From Octopus sinensis (lineage: Eukaryota), in NCBI RefSeq assembly GCF_006345805.1, contig NC_042999.1:155186001-155250000 (forward strand): DNA of 64,000 nucleotides, written 5' to 3'. The translations under genes and the position numbers were made by a program. Shown piece by piece: positions 27,303 to 40,110 of the stretch. The notes under the pieces were generated by a model. The model was not told the origin of the DNA, did no database searches, and saw nothing but the letters and a program-made list of their open reading frames with translations. Numbering within the stretch: position 1 is the stretch's first letter; the number at the start of each line of letters is the position of its first letter.

Positions 27303-27854
27303 CAGGGTGGACCAAAATGATCTGACAAATTTCGAGGCTTAATAAAAGCACAAAATGAGAAATAATGAAAAGTAAAATTTTATTTTCCGAATATACATAT
27401 AATGCTATTTTATTTGATTAAGTTTTAAAAATTAAATCAGCTAAATGCTTCCCATCATTGTCAACACACTGTTGAAGACGTTCATGAAAGTTATCGATAA
27501 CTCTATGGATCATTTCTTCTGGAATGGTGAAATGTGATTTCTTCTTTTGGGGATATTTAAAATAAAAAGTACTCAGTCATCGCCCTCGAGCTATTGATGA
27601 CTTAAAACGTGCAATTTGTGTAGAAATATCAACCATTCCAGAAGAAATGATCCATAGAGTTATCGATTACTTTCATGAACGTCTCCAACAGTGTGTTAAA
27701 CAATGATGGGATTTAGCTGATTTAATTTTTAAAACATAATCAAATAATATGGCATTATATATACATTCAGAAAATAAAATTTTTCTTTTCATTATTTCTT
27801 ATTTTGTGCTTTTACTAAGCCTCCAAATGTGTCAGATCATTTTGTTCCACCCTG
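27303..27854. mobile_element. Non-autonomous Tc1/mariner-superfamily element with about 230 bp inverted arms
   Basis: TA-CAGGGTGG...CCACCCTG-TA termini. 27536-27739 translates to a transposase C-terminus (DFFFWGYLK*KV...IDDLKRAI...IPEEMIHRVID...RLQQC) with stops. Confidence 0.85.
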
Positions 27855-28758
27855 TACTAAAAAGTATATATTAAGAATGTGTTCGGAGGCAGGAGTGGGT
27901 TAGTTGGGTGCTGATGAAGAGGCAAAACCCTCGAAAATACGGCATATGCACTCATTACCCATTTTGTCTTCGATTAATTAACTCGTACATTAGTATCTGT
28001 ATGTATAACAGTACTAATGTGCAAAACTTTTCTCAAGTTTAAAATGTGACATTGTTTTTACTATCCACGTTCCAACGATGGAGCATTTTACGTTTGTCAG
28101 AAACCACTCGTTCCTCAGAGCATGAATTTAAATATTTAGAAACATACATACATACATACATACATACATACATACATACATACATACATACATACATACA
28201 TACATACATACATACCTTCAAATATGTGTACTGATATAAATGTTTAATTCTACACACGACTGGCTACAAATACATATACAAGTTATAAGCTTGTATATGA
28301 ATATGTATACACATGTGTGTGTCTATATATGCATGTGCATCTTTGGGAACATGAGTAAGTGTATATGTATATGGTACTATATATAATAAAAGATATATAA
28401 CATAATTGTCAACGATCGTGGTATTTTTCTTTCCATTAGATATTGACGAGCGTCAATTAGATATTGACGTACATGCATACATGCATACATACATACGTAC
28501 AAACATAAATATATACATACATATAAACATACGTATATACCATCTTATAGCATCTACACATATATTCAAATCTGTGTATTTAGACGCATATAAATGAGTT
28601 ATTCTACATACGACTGGCTACAAATATATATACAAGTTATAAGCTTGTATATGAATATGTATACACATGTGTGTGTCTATATATGCATGTGTATCTTTGG
28701 GAACATGAGTAAGTGTATATGTATATGGTACTATACATAATAAAAGCTATATAACATG

Positions 28759-29154
28759 CTAGCAGTATCACCCGGCGTTGCTCGGGTTTGTAAGGGAAAT
28801 AATTATATAAGCATTTTTAGAGATGTAAAGTATAATAGCCTTCTCAATATGGCTAACCACAAAGGAGGGGTTGTTACTGTAGCTTTTTACGTTCTGAGAT
28901 TTAATAATAAATTTCTAGAGAGTTACTTCCCTTATATATGCCAAAATGCATTAAAAATGGGAAAAATTGATGGTAATTTTTTTTTTTAATCGTAGACTCA
29001 TCGTAGACGCGCGCTAATACCCAGAAGGGCTCGATATGAATCACGACTATAAGATACCCGGTTTTGGTTAAACTGCACCGCAAAATGTGGGAGTAGTTAG
29101 GAATTTAAATCGTAGGAGACAGACAGCACACAACCTCACTTTTATATATAAAGA
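28759..29154 (-). mobile_element. Non-autonomous Helitron (396 bp)
   Basis: The minus strand starts TC(TTTATATATAAAAG) and ends CTAG, with a subterminal hairpin CCCGAGCAACGCCGGG. There is no TSD, and it is absent from paralogous introns. Confidence 0.85.
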
Positions 29155-29189
29155 TTTTTCAACATTCGTGGTATTTTTCTTTCCATTAG

Positions 29190-29315
29190 ATATTGACGAA
29201 TGTGCATCGGACGCCTTGAATCTGTGTGACGTCAATGCCAAATGTACAAACATCCCTGGTTCCTACAACTGTTCTTGTAACCACGAATACAAGGGGGATG
29301 GTTTCACTTGCAAAA
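29190..29315 (+). CDS. Calcium-binding EGF exon C3: DIDECASDALNLCDVNAKCTNIPGSYNCSCNHEYKGDGFTCK
   Basis: ttag/gtaagt boundaries, 126 nt. Confidence 0.92.
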
Positions 29316-30597
29316 GTAAGTTACCTTCTTCCTCTTTCTAAACTTTTATTAAACCATTCTAAATCCGTTGTCATCATGGAATCATTTTCCATTGCATTGT
29401 GTCTGTTACGCGTTTGGTACGACGGAAAAGTATCACTTCGAACAAAACGCTTATTAATTGTTTCTAACTTTTTACGTTCCAAATTGGAATAGTGCCGAGA
29501 TCCACTTAATATCTTATCATTTTAGGATTTGATAAAATAAATACTAATTTAACATTGGACAGCATGTGATCGTCAGAAAAAATTATGGTCAAGTTGTGAG
29601 AAGATCAACTTTGCTTCCATCCACGCAGGTCTAATGATTTTTTCAAACAGAATTACTTCTTACTTTGAAATTTTGTGAGCGGAAACCTAATATCCATTCT
29701 GTTTCCTTTGCGGAATTGGAAATAACTACCAAAGTATACCGATGATTAAGAAGTATAATGGCGAAGAATTTAATCCCATACGTTTAATCTTTCATTCTCT
29801 TGAAAAACATACGATCTCAGGGTTATAAACTATCAAATTTTACACCAAATATATCAAGACTTCAGTGTTTTTTCAATTGATTTTCCAGCCTGTATATCTC
29901 ACCTAGTGGGGCCACAATGGCCCAATGGTTAGGATAAAGGGATCGCGGTCGTAGGGTCGCAGTTTCGATTCCCAGACCGTGTTTTGTGAGTGTTTATTGA
30001 GCGAAAACACCTAAATCTCCACGAGACTCCTGCAGGAGGTGGTGGCGATCCTGCTGTACTCTTAGCCAGTGGGGTGGCGTCATTTGAAGGCTAAAACAAT
30101 GCGAAACACATTGTGACCAGCGATGTGTAGCAACATCTGGTAACCTGGTCGGTCACGGTGATCACGGTGATATCTCACCTAATGAGTAGATCGTAATAGA
30201 TAAGCATTGTACCTGGTTTCGATTCTTTGTTCAAGCTTCTTCATTTGCATTGATTTACATTTTAGAAATGGCACATACTTTAGGACAACTCATGTTCTGT
30301 TTCACAATCCAAAGACTTTATGGAAGATCTGAAAGAAATGAATACATTTAACTATTCTTCCGAAGACAGATAACAACACATTTTATTAAAAAATTCAATA
30401 AACATATCATTACTAATTAAGGTTTATCAAACAAAATCTCTCATTAATTCAGACTGTAATTAAAATCTGACTTGTAAATTGCATTTATTACAGGATGGGT
30501 CAGAAACTCAACACGTTCACCATTCTTGATAAATGTCTCAACAGCAAACACAGTTTGCATGGATACAATCTTTAACAGTATCTGAGAAAAGACAAGG

Positions 30598-31135
30598 CGG
30601 TGAGCTGGCGAAAGCGTTAGCATGTTGGGTGAAATGCTAAGTAGTATTTTGTCTGCCGTTACGTTCGGAGTTCAAATTCCACCGAGGTCGACTTTGCCTT
30701 TCATCCTTTCGGGGTCGATAAATTAAGTACCAGTTACGCACTGGGGTCGATGTAATCGACTTAATCCGTTTGTCTGTCCTTGTTTGTCCCCTCTGTTTAT
30801 CCCCTTGTGGGTAATAAAGAAATAGGTATTTCGTCTGCCGCTATGTTCTGAGTTCAAATTCCGCCGAGGTCGACTTTGCCTTTCATCCTTTCGGGGTCGA
30901 TAAATTAAGTACCAGTTACGCACTGGGGTCGATTTAATCGCCTTAATCCGTTTGTCTGTCCTTGTTTGTCCCCTCTGTTTAGCCCCTTGTGGGTAATAAA
31001 GAAACATATATCCAGGACCAAACTGGGTAATGTGTATTACTTTTATAATAAAGAAATAAATCGACTTCATCCGTTTGCCTGTCCTTGTTTGTCCTCTCTG
31101 TGTTCATCCCCTTGTGGGTAGTAAAGAAATAGGTA
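30598..31135 (+). mobile_element. Tandem array of an octopus-type SINE (2 units plus a partial)
   Basis: ggcggtgagctggc head followed by repeated gttctgagttcaaattccgccgaggtcgactttgcc...aaagaaatag units. Confidence 0.8.
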
Positions 31136-31311
31136 TCTGAGAAAAGGCAATGATTAAAAAATTAACTTCATGGAAATATCCTCGCTCTCTGTCTATTTTC
31201 ACTGTGGCCACACCAACAGACGAATATAATTCTGGAGGGGTTTTTTTCTGCTTAACTCTATATACCGAGATCCAATGACTGCACGTGATTTTATTCTTTT
31301 TTCTTTTTCAG

Positions 31312-31467
31312 AAACGGGTCTCACATGTTCGTTCCATGCCGATTTCACTTGCCATCCTCGTGCAACGTGTGAAGATTTGCCTGATGGCTCCTTTAGGTGC
31401 ATATGTCCTAAGGACTCTATTGGCGGTGATGGATTCAGAGGCGAAAACCATACCGGGTGCATATTTG
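31312..31467 (+). CDS. EGF exon A4 (divergent): TGLTCSFHADFTCHPRATCEDLPDGSFRCICPKDSIGGDGFRGENHTGCIF
   Basis: tttttcag/gtaagt boundaries, 156 nt, same Cys spacing as the A exons. Confidence 0.9.
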
Positions 31468-33654
31468 GTAAGTAGCCAAAAAAATTCGTAGATTTGAAAT
31501 GGTCAAGTGAATAAATTCTATTATCAACTCAATGGTTTTAGGATCACATCCATTGCTGGTTATTCGTTGCGGGATTTAACAGGTCTTTAAATGTATATTA
31601 CCTCAGTTCGCCTAAGAGTGTAGGTTTCACAGCCTTAGAGAAAGTTGCGAGTGAGAAAGTAATGATTTTTTTAGTAACCGCTTCTTGGTCTCTTGACTTG
31701 AATTATGCTAAGTCTAATGTTAAGTCCTTTTAATAATTCTTTTACCCCATTACGATTTGATCAGCGATCACAAGATGTGTCACAGTTGCTGCTCTTTCAA
31801 ATTAAGTTGCCAACTGCTCATCTATCAGCGACCCTAGCGTACGGAAAAAAAGGGACGGCTCAATTGATTAAATGAGTGTAAGGGACTTAAAGTAGTGGAG
31901 ACATTATTATCTCTACTGTCATGTTTTGGGGAAATTATAAGAGTACGGAATTATAAAAGTACGGGAGAGTGATAGAGAGAGAGAGATGGAGATGGGTGGA
32001 AAGAGACGGAGAGAGACGGAGATGAATTATGAAAGTGGAGACAGCGATCAAGTGGATATTTTAGGCTTTCAGTTTCAGATTTAAGAAAAGGGAGAGAAAA
32101 TGAATGTCGTTGAAATATCAGTGAAATACGTCAGTAGAATTGGAGGCGCGTGGCTTAGTTGTTAGGGTGTCAGCACCATGATCGTAAGATTGTGGTTTCG
32201 ATTCCTGGACCGGACGACGCGTTGTGTTTTTGAGCAAAACACTTCATTTTCACGTTGCTCCAGTCCACTCAGCTGGCAAAAATGAGTAACGGTGCGATGG
32301 ACTGGCGTCCCGTCCAGCTGGGGAACACATACGCCATTGAAACCGGGAAACCGGGCCCATGACACTGGCTAGGCTTTAAAAAGGGCGCATATATTTTTTT
32401 TTACGTCAGTAGAAAGCACAATATTGCGATCGTTCAATGTTTGAAGTTAAAATACACTTTTATGGAATACATGTTTTTCATATTTACTTATTAAACTGTC
32501 ATTTCTTACTTTAATATTTCTAATTACATTATCATTATAAATTTAATTACATTTATGCCCGTGTATTTAATAAAAATTTCTTTAATGTAGCTGTTCAATA
32601 TAACTACTTCAATGCAGACATCAAATCAGATATCGGTTTATGATCCTCGACGATTAATATTGACTTTCGGGGACTTGGGTGGTTAGCCAAGGGGTCGATA
32701 AATATCTGAAATCAATTTGAGTATTAAGGGTGCTGAATTACCACTACTTGGATAAAAAAAAATATTTAAGAAATTTAGTGAAAATACTAAAGAAAATTGA
32801 TAAAGAACAATAAAATTTCGGTAATATTTTTTTGATATATTCAGATTATTTAATATGCAATATGTTTATCGGATGTTAGTCAATATTGATTTTTGGTTGA
32901 AAATTGGTGGGTTTTAGTGTTAAATTACCCACACGCTTCCAGATTCAGTTAGCTAATAATTCGGGACTCATTAATGAAAGAAGTTTGAGACACCTTGGTG
33001 TTTCGACTTTGTGTGTCTCCTCAATCAAAGCTAACGCCAAATAGATCGATGATTCTAACGCAGGAACGGGCCCTGTTTTACAGAAATCCGCAACCAAATT
33101 ATTTGTTGCTGTTTGCTGGTGTCTACCAAACTAAATACTCCAATCCGTATATTCCCGTTCGAATACTCATGAACGTATTAAGAATGAATATATACGTCAT
33201 TGTTAAAACCATGAATATATTGGAAATAATTATCTATCATTTTTATAACGACAACAGAATACTATTTGATGGTTTTGCTAAAATAAATTAAGGTAAATAA
33301 CGATGCCTGCAAATTTCGCTTCTTAAACGGAAGAGCAAGTAAAAATGTTTTAACGTGGGCACTTAATCAGTATGAAATAGCAGCCAAATGTCACTTAAAC
33401 TACACTATACTGACATAAAATAGATATGTTGGCTAACATAATCCGGAGTATGCTGTCATTATTTCAGTGTCTCTTATCAAAGTTCTGCTCAGTTGATGCC
33501 TACCCTGAGTTAAGTAAGACAACAACAACATAGAATTTTCCCCTAATCTAACAGATTAAGCACTCAGCCTCTCCAAGGTTCTGGGATTAACAAACGATAG
33601 GGGATAACAACACTGTCAACTGGTTTAATTTGAAAAATTTTTGTTGCTTTTCAG

Positions 33655-33777
33655 AAAATGAAAAAGTTTCGTGTTTGGAAAACAGCACATGTCATAAAGA
33701 ATTTGGCTTCTGTAGTGAGGCAAACCTTTGTGAGTGTATGCAAGGCTACAAGGGAGATGGTGTAATTGTGTGTAATG
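33655..33777 (+). CDS. EGF exon B4 (divergent): [41 protein letters not shown]
   Basis: ttttcag/gtaagt boundaries, 123 nt, 6 Cys. Upstream intron is homologous to the B1-B3 flanks. Confidence 0.88.
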
Positions 33778-33849
33778 GTAAGTTATATTCAAGCATCCAT
33801 TCGATCAGTCAGTATATACATATATGTGTGAATATGTGTGCGTGCGCGC

Positions 33850-33907
<58 letters not shown>

Positions 33908-34314
33908 CATATATATAAATATACTTTATATGTGTGTGTATATATATATATATATATATACATATATGTATATATACATATACAGTATATATATATGTAT
34001 GTATATATACATATACAGTATATGTATGTATGCATGTATATATATATGTGTGTGTGTGTGCATACTGTATATGTACATATATATATAAATAGATATACAT
34101 ATATGTGTGTATATATATGCACAGATAAGCCACCCATACCTGGATACAACTCACTCAACAAGAACTCCCTACTTGAATGGACCATTATAACATAAAACTT
34201 GACTTAAAAAGGATTTAGATAATCCTATCAGGTGGTGCTATTAAATTAGACATGGCCTGGACCAATCTTTGGTCGAAATAGATTTAAGTTTATATACATA
34301 CATGTATGTATATG

Positions 34315-34372
<58 letters not shown>

Positions 34373-34537
34373 TATATATATATATATATTATATATATAT
34401 ATATATAAATTAGAGATAAAACCACTATTATGCAACACAAACAGTGATAGACGTAAACCAAAACATAAATAACAAATAGAATATATTTTTATAAAACATA
34501 CAACTAGATCTCAAAAAGTATAAAAATGAATAATCAA

Positions 34538-34588
<51 letters not shown>

Positions 34589-34596
34589 TATATATG

Positions 34597-34663
<67 letters not shown>

Positions 34664-34680
34664 CATATATATATAGTAAA

Positions 34681-34784
34681 AACACTACGTACGTTTCATG
34701 GCTACAATTTAATTCGAATTACCTTTAAATTTAAACTTAATTGAAATAAATTCAATTTAAAATTATAGTCAATCTTCAGGTTAA
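34681..34784 (-). ncRNA. Hammerhead core, same family as 19802-19898
   Basis: Minus strand: CTGAAGA-ttgactataatt...aattgtagccat-GAAAC-GTAC-GTA. Helix I is weak. Confidence 0.55.
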
Positions 34785-35602
34785 CAATAGTAGTTAAATA
34801 GATAAGCAAATAGATTTAAACAATATTTATTTAAAAAAATAATAATATCGCCATAGGACTTCATAAAATGCAAATCGGACCAAGAAGTGAAATGAGAATG
34901 AGACATCTCTACGTTATTGAATTTAAGTAACAAAAGCTTTTACAACTCTTTTGCCAATTCCTAAGTTGCCATATTCGGTTCCAGTGACAAGCGTGGTACT
35001 TTTTTGACAAGTTTTACGACAGAGTATCTATTTACTAAAAGAGGATGCCTTTCCCACGACTTTGTCAAAACATAACTGGCGCCTCCTCTACCCCTAGGAA
35101 TTCTATTTTACCTTTAGATAGAATCCCGAATGGTACTACCGTTCCATGTCAGAAGGAACCTGAGAGTAATGGCAATTAAGTGGTGACTCCACACTCCCCT
35201 CAACACCTGAACTCCTGTACTGGAGCCTCCTCACTGGATGAAGTTGAATCTCTCATTGGATAACTAAATATACATACACACTTCCATATATACATACTTG
35301 CATACAGGTATACAAGTATACATGCATACATACACGCATACATGCTACACATATATACATGCACTCATACATACACACATTTATTTAAATCTGTGTTCTC
35401 AGACTTATACTAATATGCAATTCTACACACAAGTGGCTACACACACGTACTATTTTTATGATCTGATATGAACAGATATACGCTGGTCTTTGTCTATATA
35501 TATGCATGTGTGTGAATATAGGACTACATGTATATGGTACTATATATAATAAATGATACATAACATAATTCTCAACAATCGTTGTATTTTTCTTTCCATA
35601 AG

Positions 35603-35728
35603 ATATTAATGAATGTCTATCGGAGGCCACGAATCTATGTGACGTCAATGCTAGATGTATAAACATCCCTGGTATCTACAACTGTTCTTGTAACGAAGGT
35701 TACAAGGGCGATGGTTTCATCTGCAATA
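35603..35728 (+). CDS. Calcium-binding EGF exon C4: DINECLSEATNLCDVNARCINIPGIYNCSCNEGYKGDGFICN
   Basis: tctttccataag acceptor, gtaagt donor, 126 nt. Absent from the ORF track. Confidence 0.9.
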
Positions 35729-37523
35729 GTAAGTTGCCTTCTTTCTCTTTATACAATTTATCAACCTTTATTGCATTATGTCCGTTGTGTATTTGGCGCG
35801 CTGGTACATCGGAAAAAATGCTTCTAAATTTGCTGAGTTCAAATACTGCTGAGGTCCGGAAGAATAAAAGAATAAAAGGTAAACCTTTTATTCTTCCGGG
35901 GTCGATAAAATAACGTTCCATTTGAATACGACTAAACCTCCCCTTTAACACTGTTGGCCTTGTGCCAAATTTTCAGACAGTATATATTTTATTAATATTA
36001 GTTTCACATAAGGTGGCGAGCTGGCAGAATTGTTAGCATACCGGGAGAAATGCTTGGCGGTATTTCGCCAGTCGCTATGTTCTGAATTCAAATTCCGCCG
36101 AGGTCGACTTTGCTTTTTATCCTTTCAGGGTCGATAAATTAAGTACCAGTTCCGTACTGGGGTCGATGTAATCGACTTAACACCTTCCCATAAATTTCAG
36201 ACCTTGTGTCTATAGTAGAAAGGATTAACATTAGTTTCACATCTTGGCACAAAGCTAGAATTTCGACCCCGATAGGATGAAAAAGCAAAGTCGACTTCGC
36301 TGGGATTTGAACTCGGAACATAAAGACAGACGAAATGCCGCTAAGCAATTTCTCTGTTGTGCTAACAATCCTGCCAGTTTAATCTATTATATTAATATGG
36401 TAGCTTTTGCGGCTGAATGGTTAAGACGTTTACTTTGCCTTCACGAGGTCCCGGGTTTGATCCCACCGTGTGACATCTTAGACAAACGTAGTTTTTTTGT
36501 AGGCTCTGATCGATGCAACCGTTATGAGTGATACTGGATAAGCGGAAATTCTTTGTAAGCCCACCATGTTGATTGCGCCTGTAATTCAAAGTTACGACCT
36601 TGTCACACATTGAGTTGCGCTGGTTCTGCTTCAGTATTTCTCATGTCGGTAGAATAATCATTAATTCATTCGGTTCTTGTTGTGCCTTGTGGAACTTGAG
36701 GCGACAGCAAGATCATTCCACCTTCTAACACTGAAAGCTTCCTTGAGAGCATTGTCTTCTTTTTCCTGGTTCCACAAGGCAAGAAGATGTGGCCAACCAA
36801 AGGAAACGTGGTGAAGAACAAAAAATTATCAAAGCAGAGGGTTAACAATGGAACAAGTTATGAAGGCAGCCACTTAAATGGTAATTCCATTTATTGAACA
36901 CCTGAATCTTCATCGTCGAAACTGAAGATTAACATTGGTTCTTGGCCGAAGACATTGTTTTTGTTCCTATTTTGGTGGTAGAATCGTTGACACGTCAAAC
37001 AAAATACTTAACGGGATTTCCCCTTCCTCAATTTAAAAAAAAATTTTTCCCCTTCCAAATCCTGAAAATTTGCCTTGCAATGAAAACCAGTTTGATTTAT
37101 TATTTTTTCTTTTTTAATTTTTCATACACCAATTTTTATTAAAATTTACTTTCAATTTAGCATCCTGCCTTATAATTTTTCCTTTCCTATATATATATAC
37201 ATACAGAGTGTTTCAAAAAATTGATATAATTTGAGATGTAAATATCTGCTTTGAAGATCTTTTGTTATTTTGTTATTGTTCTCCGCCGCTAAAATTATTC
37301 AATGCGGTGCTGCGGCATGGCCGCAATCTCATGACTGAAACAAGTAAAACAAAAGCGATAAACACCCCCCCCACACACACACACACAAACACACACCCAT
37401 ACCATCATAGCAGTGCATCGCAATCATATATAAGGTTTCTTTACATCGAAAGTTCTAATTTTGTTTTTATTGCCGTTCTGAAGTATTTTCCACTAAATAT
37501 TTTTTTCCCATTTTACTCCACAG

Positions 37524-37631
37524 AAACATGTATTGATGACAGAAACTGTGCGAATAACAGTTTTTGCAATATGGATACTCAGCGATGCCAATGCCAACCT
37601 GGTTTCAGAGAAAGTGGAGAACTTTGTATCG
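37524..37631 (+). CDS. EGF/EB-like exon D: TCIDDRNCANNSFCNMDTQRCQCQPGFRESGELCI
   Basis: ccacag acceptor, gtaaat donor, 108 nt, 6 Cys, phase 1-1. Confidence 0.85.
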
Positions 37632-38113
37632 GTAAATATATCAGATCTTTAATCAGTTTATTATTGGCAGAATCGTTAGCAAGCCGAACAAAACGCTTAG
37701 TGGTATTTCGTCCGACTTACATCATGAGTTCAAATTCCACCTTTCATCATTTCGGGGTCGATAAATAAAGTACCAGTTGCGTACTGGTATCGATCTAATC
37801 GACTAAACCTCTCCCAAAAATTTCGGGTCTCGTACCTATAGTAAAGATTATTGTTGTTGTTGTTGTTGTAGTTTTGTTGTTATGGCTATTTTGGCGACTA
37901 GCTGGTAGAATCGTTAGCGCGCCTTTCAAAATGCTTCGCTGCATTTTGTCCGTTGTTACGTTCTGAGTTCAAATTCCGCCGAGGTCGACTATGCCTATGA
38001 TGCTTTCGAGTCTATAAATTAAGTACCAGTGAAACACTGAGGTCGATGTAATCGGCTAGTCCCCTCTCCCAAAATTTCAAACCCTTGTGCCTTTACTAGA
38101 AATGATTGCTGTT

Positions 38114-38192
<79 letters not shown>

Positions 38193-38483
38193 TGTAGGAG
38201 AGCAATGCATGCCATCTAAGTGACACTGGGGTACAAATACACAAAACCCAATATACCCATCATGACAGTATTTTGCGTAGGATATGGCCAGTTCCCATGA
38301 GCACTATTTCTGCCATTTTGGGGTTTCCTGGTATCTGAGCTAGGTAGGAATCAGCCCCTTTTGCTATCATTCCTAGGGCACCTATGACAACAGGTATTAT
38401 TTTAGTCTTGAGGTTCCACATTTCGCCAATTTCTATTTCAAGATCTTTATACTTGCTCAGCTTTTGGTAGGTCTTGACAGATA

Positions 38484-38484
38484 C

Positions 38485-38582
<98 letters not shown>

Positions 38583-38602
38583 TATTATTATTATTATTAT
38601 TA

Positions 38603-38640
<38 letters not shown>

Positions 38641-38651
38641 TATTATTATTA

Positions 38652-38718
<67 letters not shown>
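38484..38718 (+). repeat. (TAT)n microsatellite; (TAG)n follows at about 38937-39013
   Basis: Directly visible trinucleotide tracts. Confidence 0.95.
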
Positions 38719-38719
<1 letters not shown>

Positions 38720-38953
38720 GGCGACGAGTTGGGAGAATCGTTAGCGCACCGGACAAAATGCTTAACGGCATTTCGTCCGTCTTTACGTTCTGAATTCAAA
38801 TTCCGCCGATGTCGACTACCTTTCATCCTTTCGGGGTCGATAAAATAAGTTGAGCACTGAAGTCAGTGTATTCGGCTTACCACCTCCCCAGAAAATTCTG
38901 GCCTTGTGCCAAAATTTTAAACCAGTAGCAGCAGAAGTAGTAGTAGTAGCAGC

Positions 38954-39014
<61 letters not shown>

Positions 39015-39443
39015 TATTATAGATGCACTTTAACTGTGATCGAACCGCGGCAGTAAACTCCCGAAATGGCCATAGGTGTGTTTGACTTGATTTTATGGAA
39101 CTCTTTTTGCTCCTGGACTCTAACCTACCATGGTATTACGAATTGAACTTTTTGGAAGTACTCTTTTTTGTGAGGAGAGTAAAAACAAATTTTTAGTCGA
39201 TTGATAATTATTTCATTTTAGTTTATTTAGATTTTTAGCAGCACGACACGCTTTAGAATTTTTAATCGATTGTATTTACCATTTTGATAAGTCATTCTAT
39301 ATATTTGTGTTTTTATTCGCATTTATATTTTTACCTTCAGTATTTTTTGTATATGTATATTTTATATGTTTAAGATCCATGGTAATATTTATATATGATC
39401 AAATGTTTGGAGATGTGGCGTTATATATAAAATCGTTGACTCG

Positions 39444-39842
39444 AATTTGATCTACGATCAATGTTTGTTCTACGATCAACGTTCTGCGATGAATTTGATC
39501 TACGATCAATGTTCTACGATCAATGTTCTACGATCAATGTTTGTTCTACAATCAATTTGATCTACGATCGATGTTTGTTTTACGATCAATTTGATCTACG
39601 ATCAACGTTTGCTCTACGATCAACGTTTGTTCTACGATCAATGTTTGTTCTACGATCAATGTTTGTTCTACGATCAATGTTTGTTTTATGACCAATGTTT
39701 GTGCTACGATCAATGTTTATTCTACGATCAATGTTTGCTCTACGATCAATGTTTGTGCTACGATCAATGTTTATTCTACGATCAATGTTTGTTTTACGAT
39801 CAATTTGATCTACGATCAATGTTTGTGCTACGATCAATGTTT
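39444..39842 (+). repeat. 18 bp minisatellite, consensus CTACGATCAATGTTTGTT, about 22 units
   Basis: Tandem units with variants such as aatttgatctacgatc. Confidence 0.95.
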
Positions 39843-39874
39843 CTTCTTGAAATAGTAAATCTATCTAGGTGGTC

Positions 39875-39908
<34 letters not shown>

Positions 39909-40110
39909 AAATAAGAAAATGGAGAAATACATCTAAATCAAATATCAACTACCAGATAATACCCAATCACATACTTTATTAAACCACTACATAAGAAACT
40001 TTAAGGTCAAACATAATAATATAGAACAAAACAGTGTACATGAAGGAGTAATATGATACAATAAGTACAATATGTATAAGAGAATATAAATAAATATAAA
40101 TATAAACTAC

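Larger units (their letters stand above)
2860..35800 (+). repeat. Intragenic tandem duplication array of about four exon-intron blocks (period roughly 7-11.5 kb) plus nested A'-A doublets about 1.4-1.5 kb apart
   Basis: Intron flanks are homologous across blocks, e.g. 4060-5840, 14121-15890 and 25635-26835. Exons recur in the order ABC-A'ABC-A'ABC-ABC. Boundaries are approximate. Confidence 0.9.

Noticed and set aside
27100-27955. Two CTGATGA...CGAAA motifs (27127 minus, 27911 plus) as functional hammerheads
   Set aside because: Helix III and the NUH triplet cannot be formed (for example ATG precedes helix I), so I treat them as degenerate relics only.
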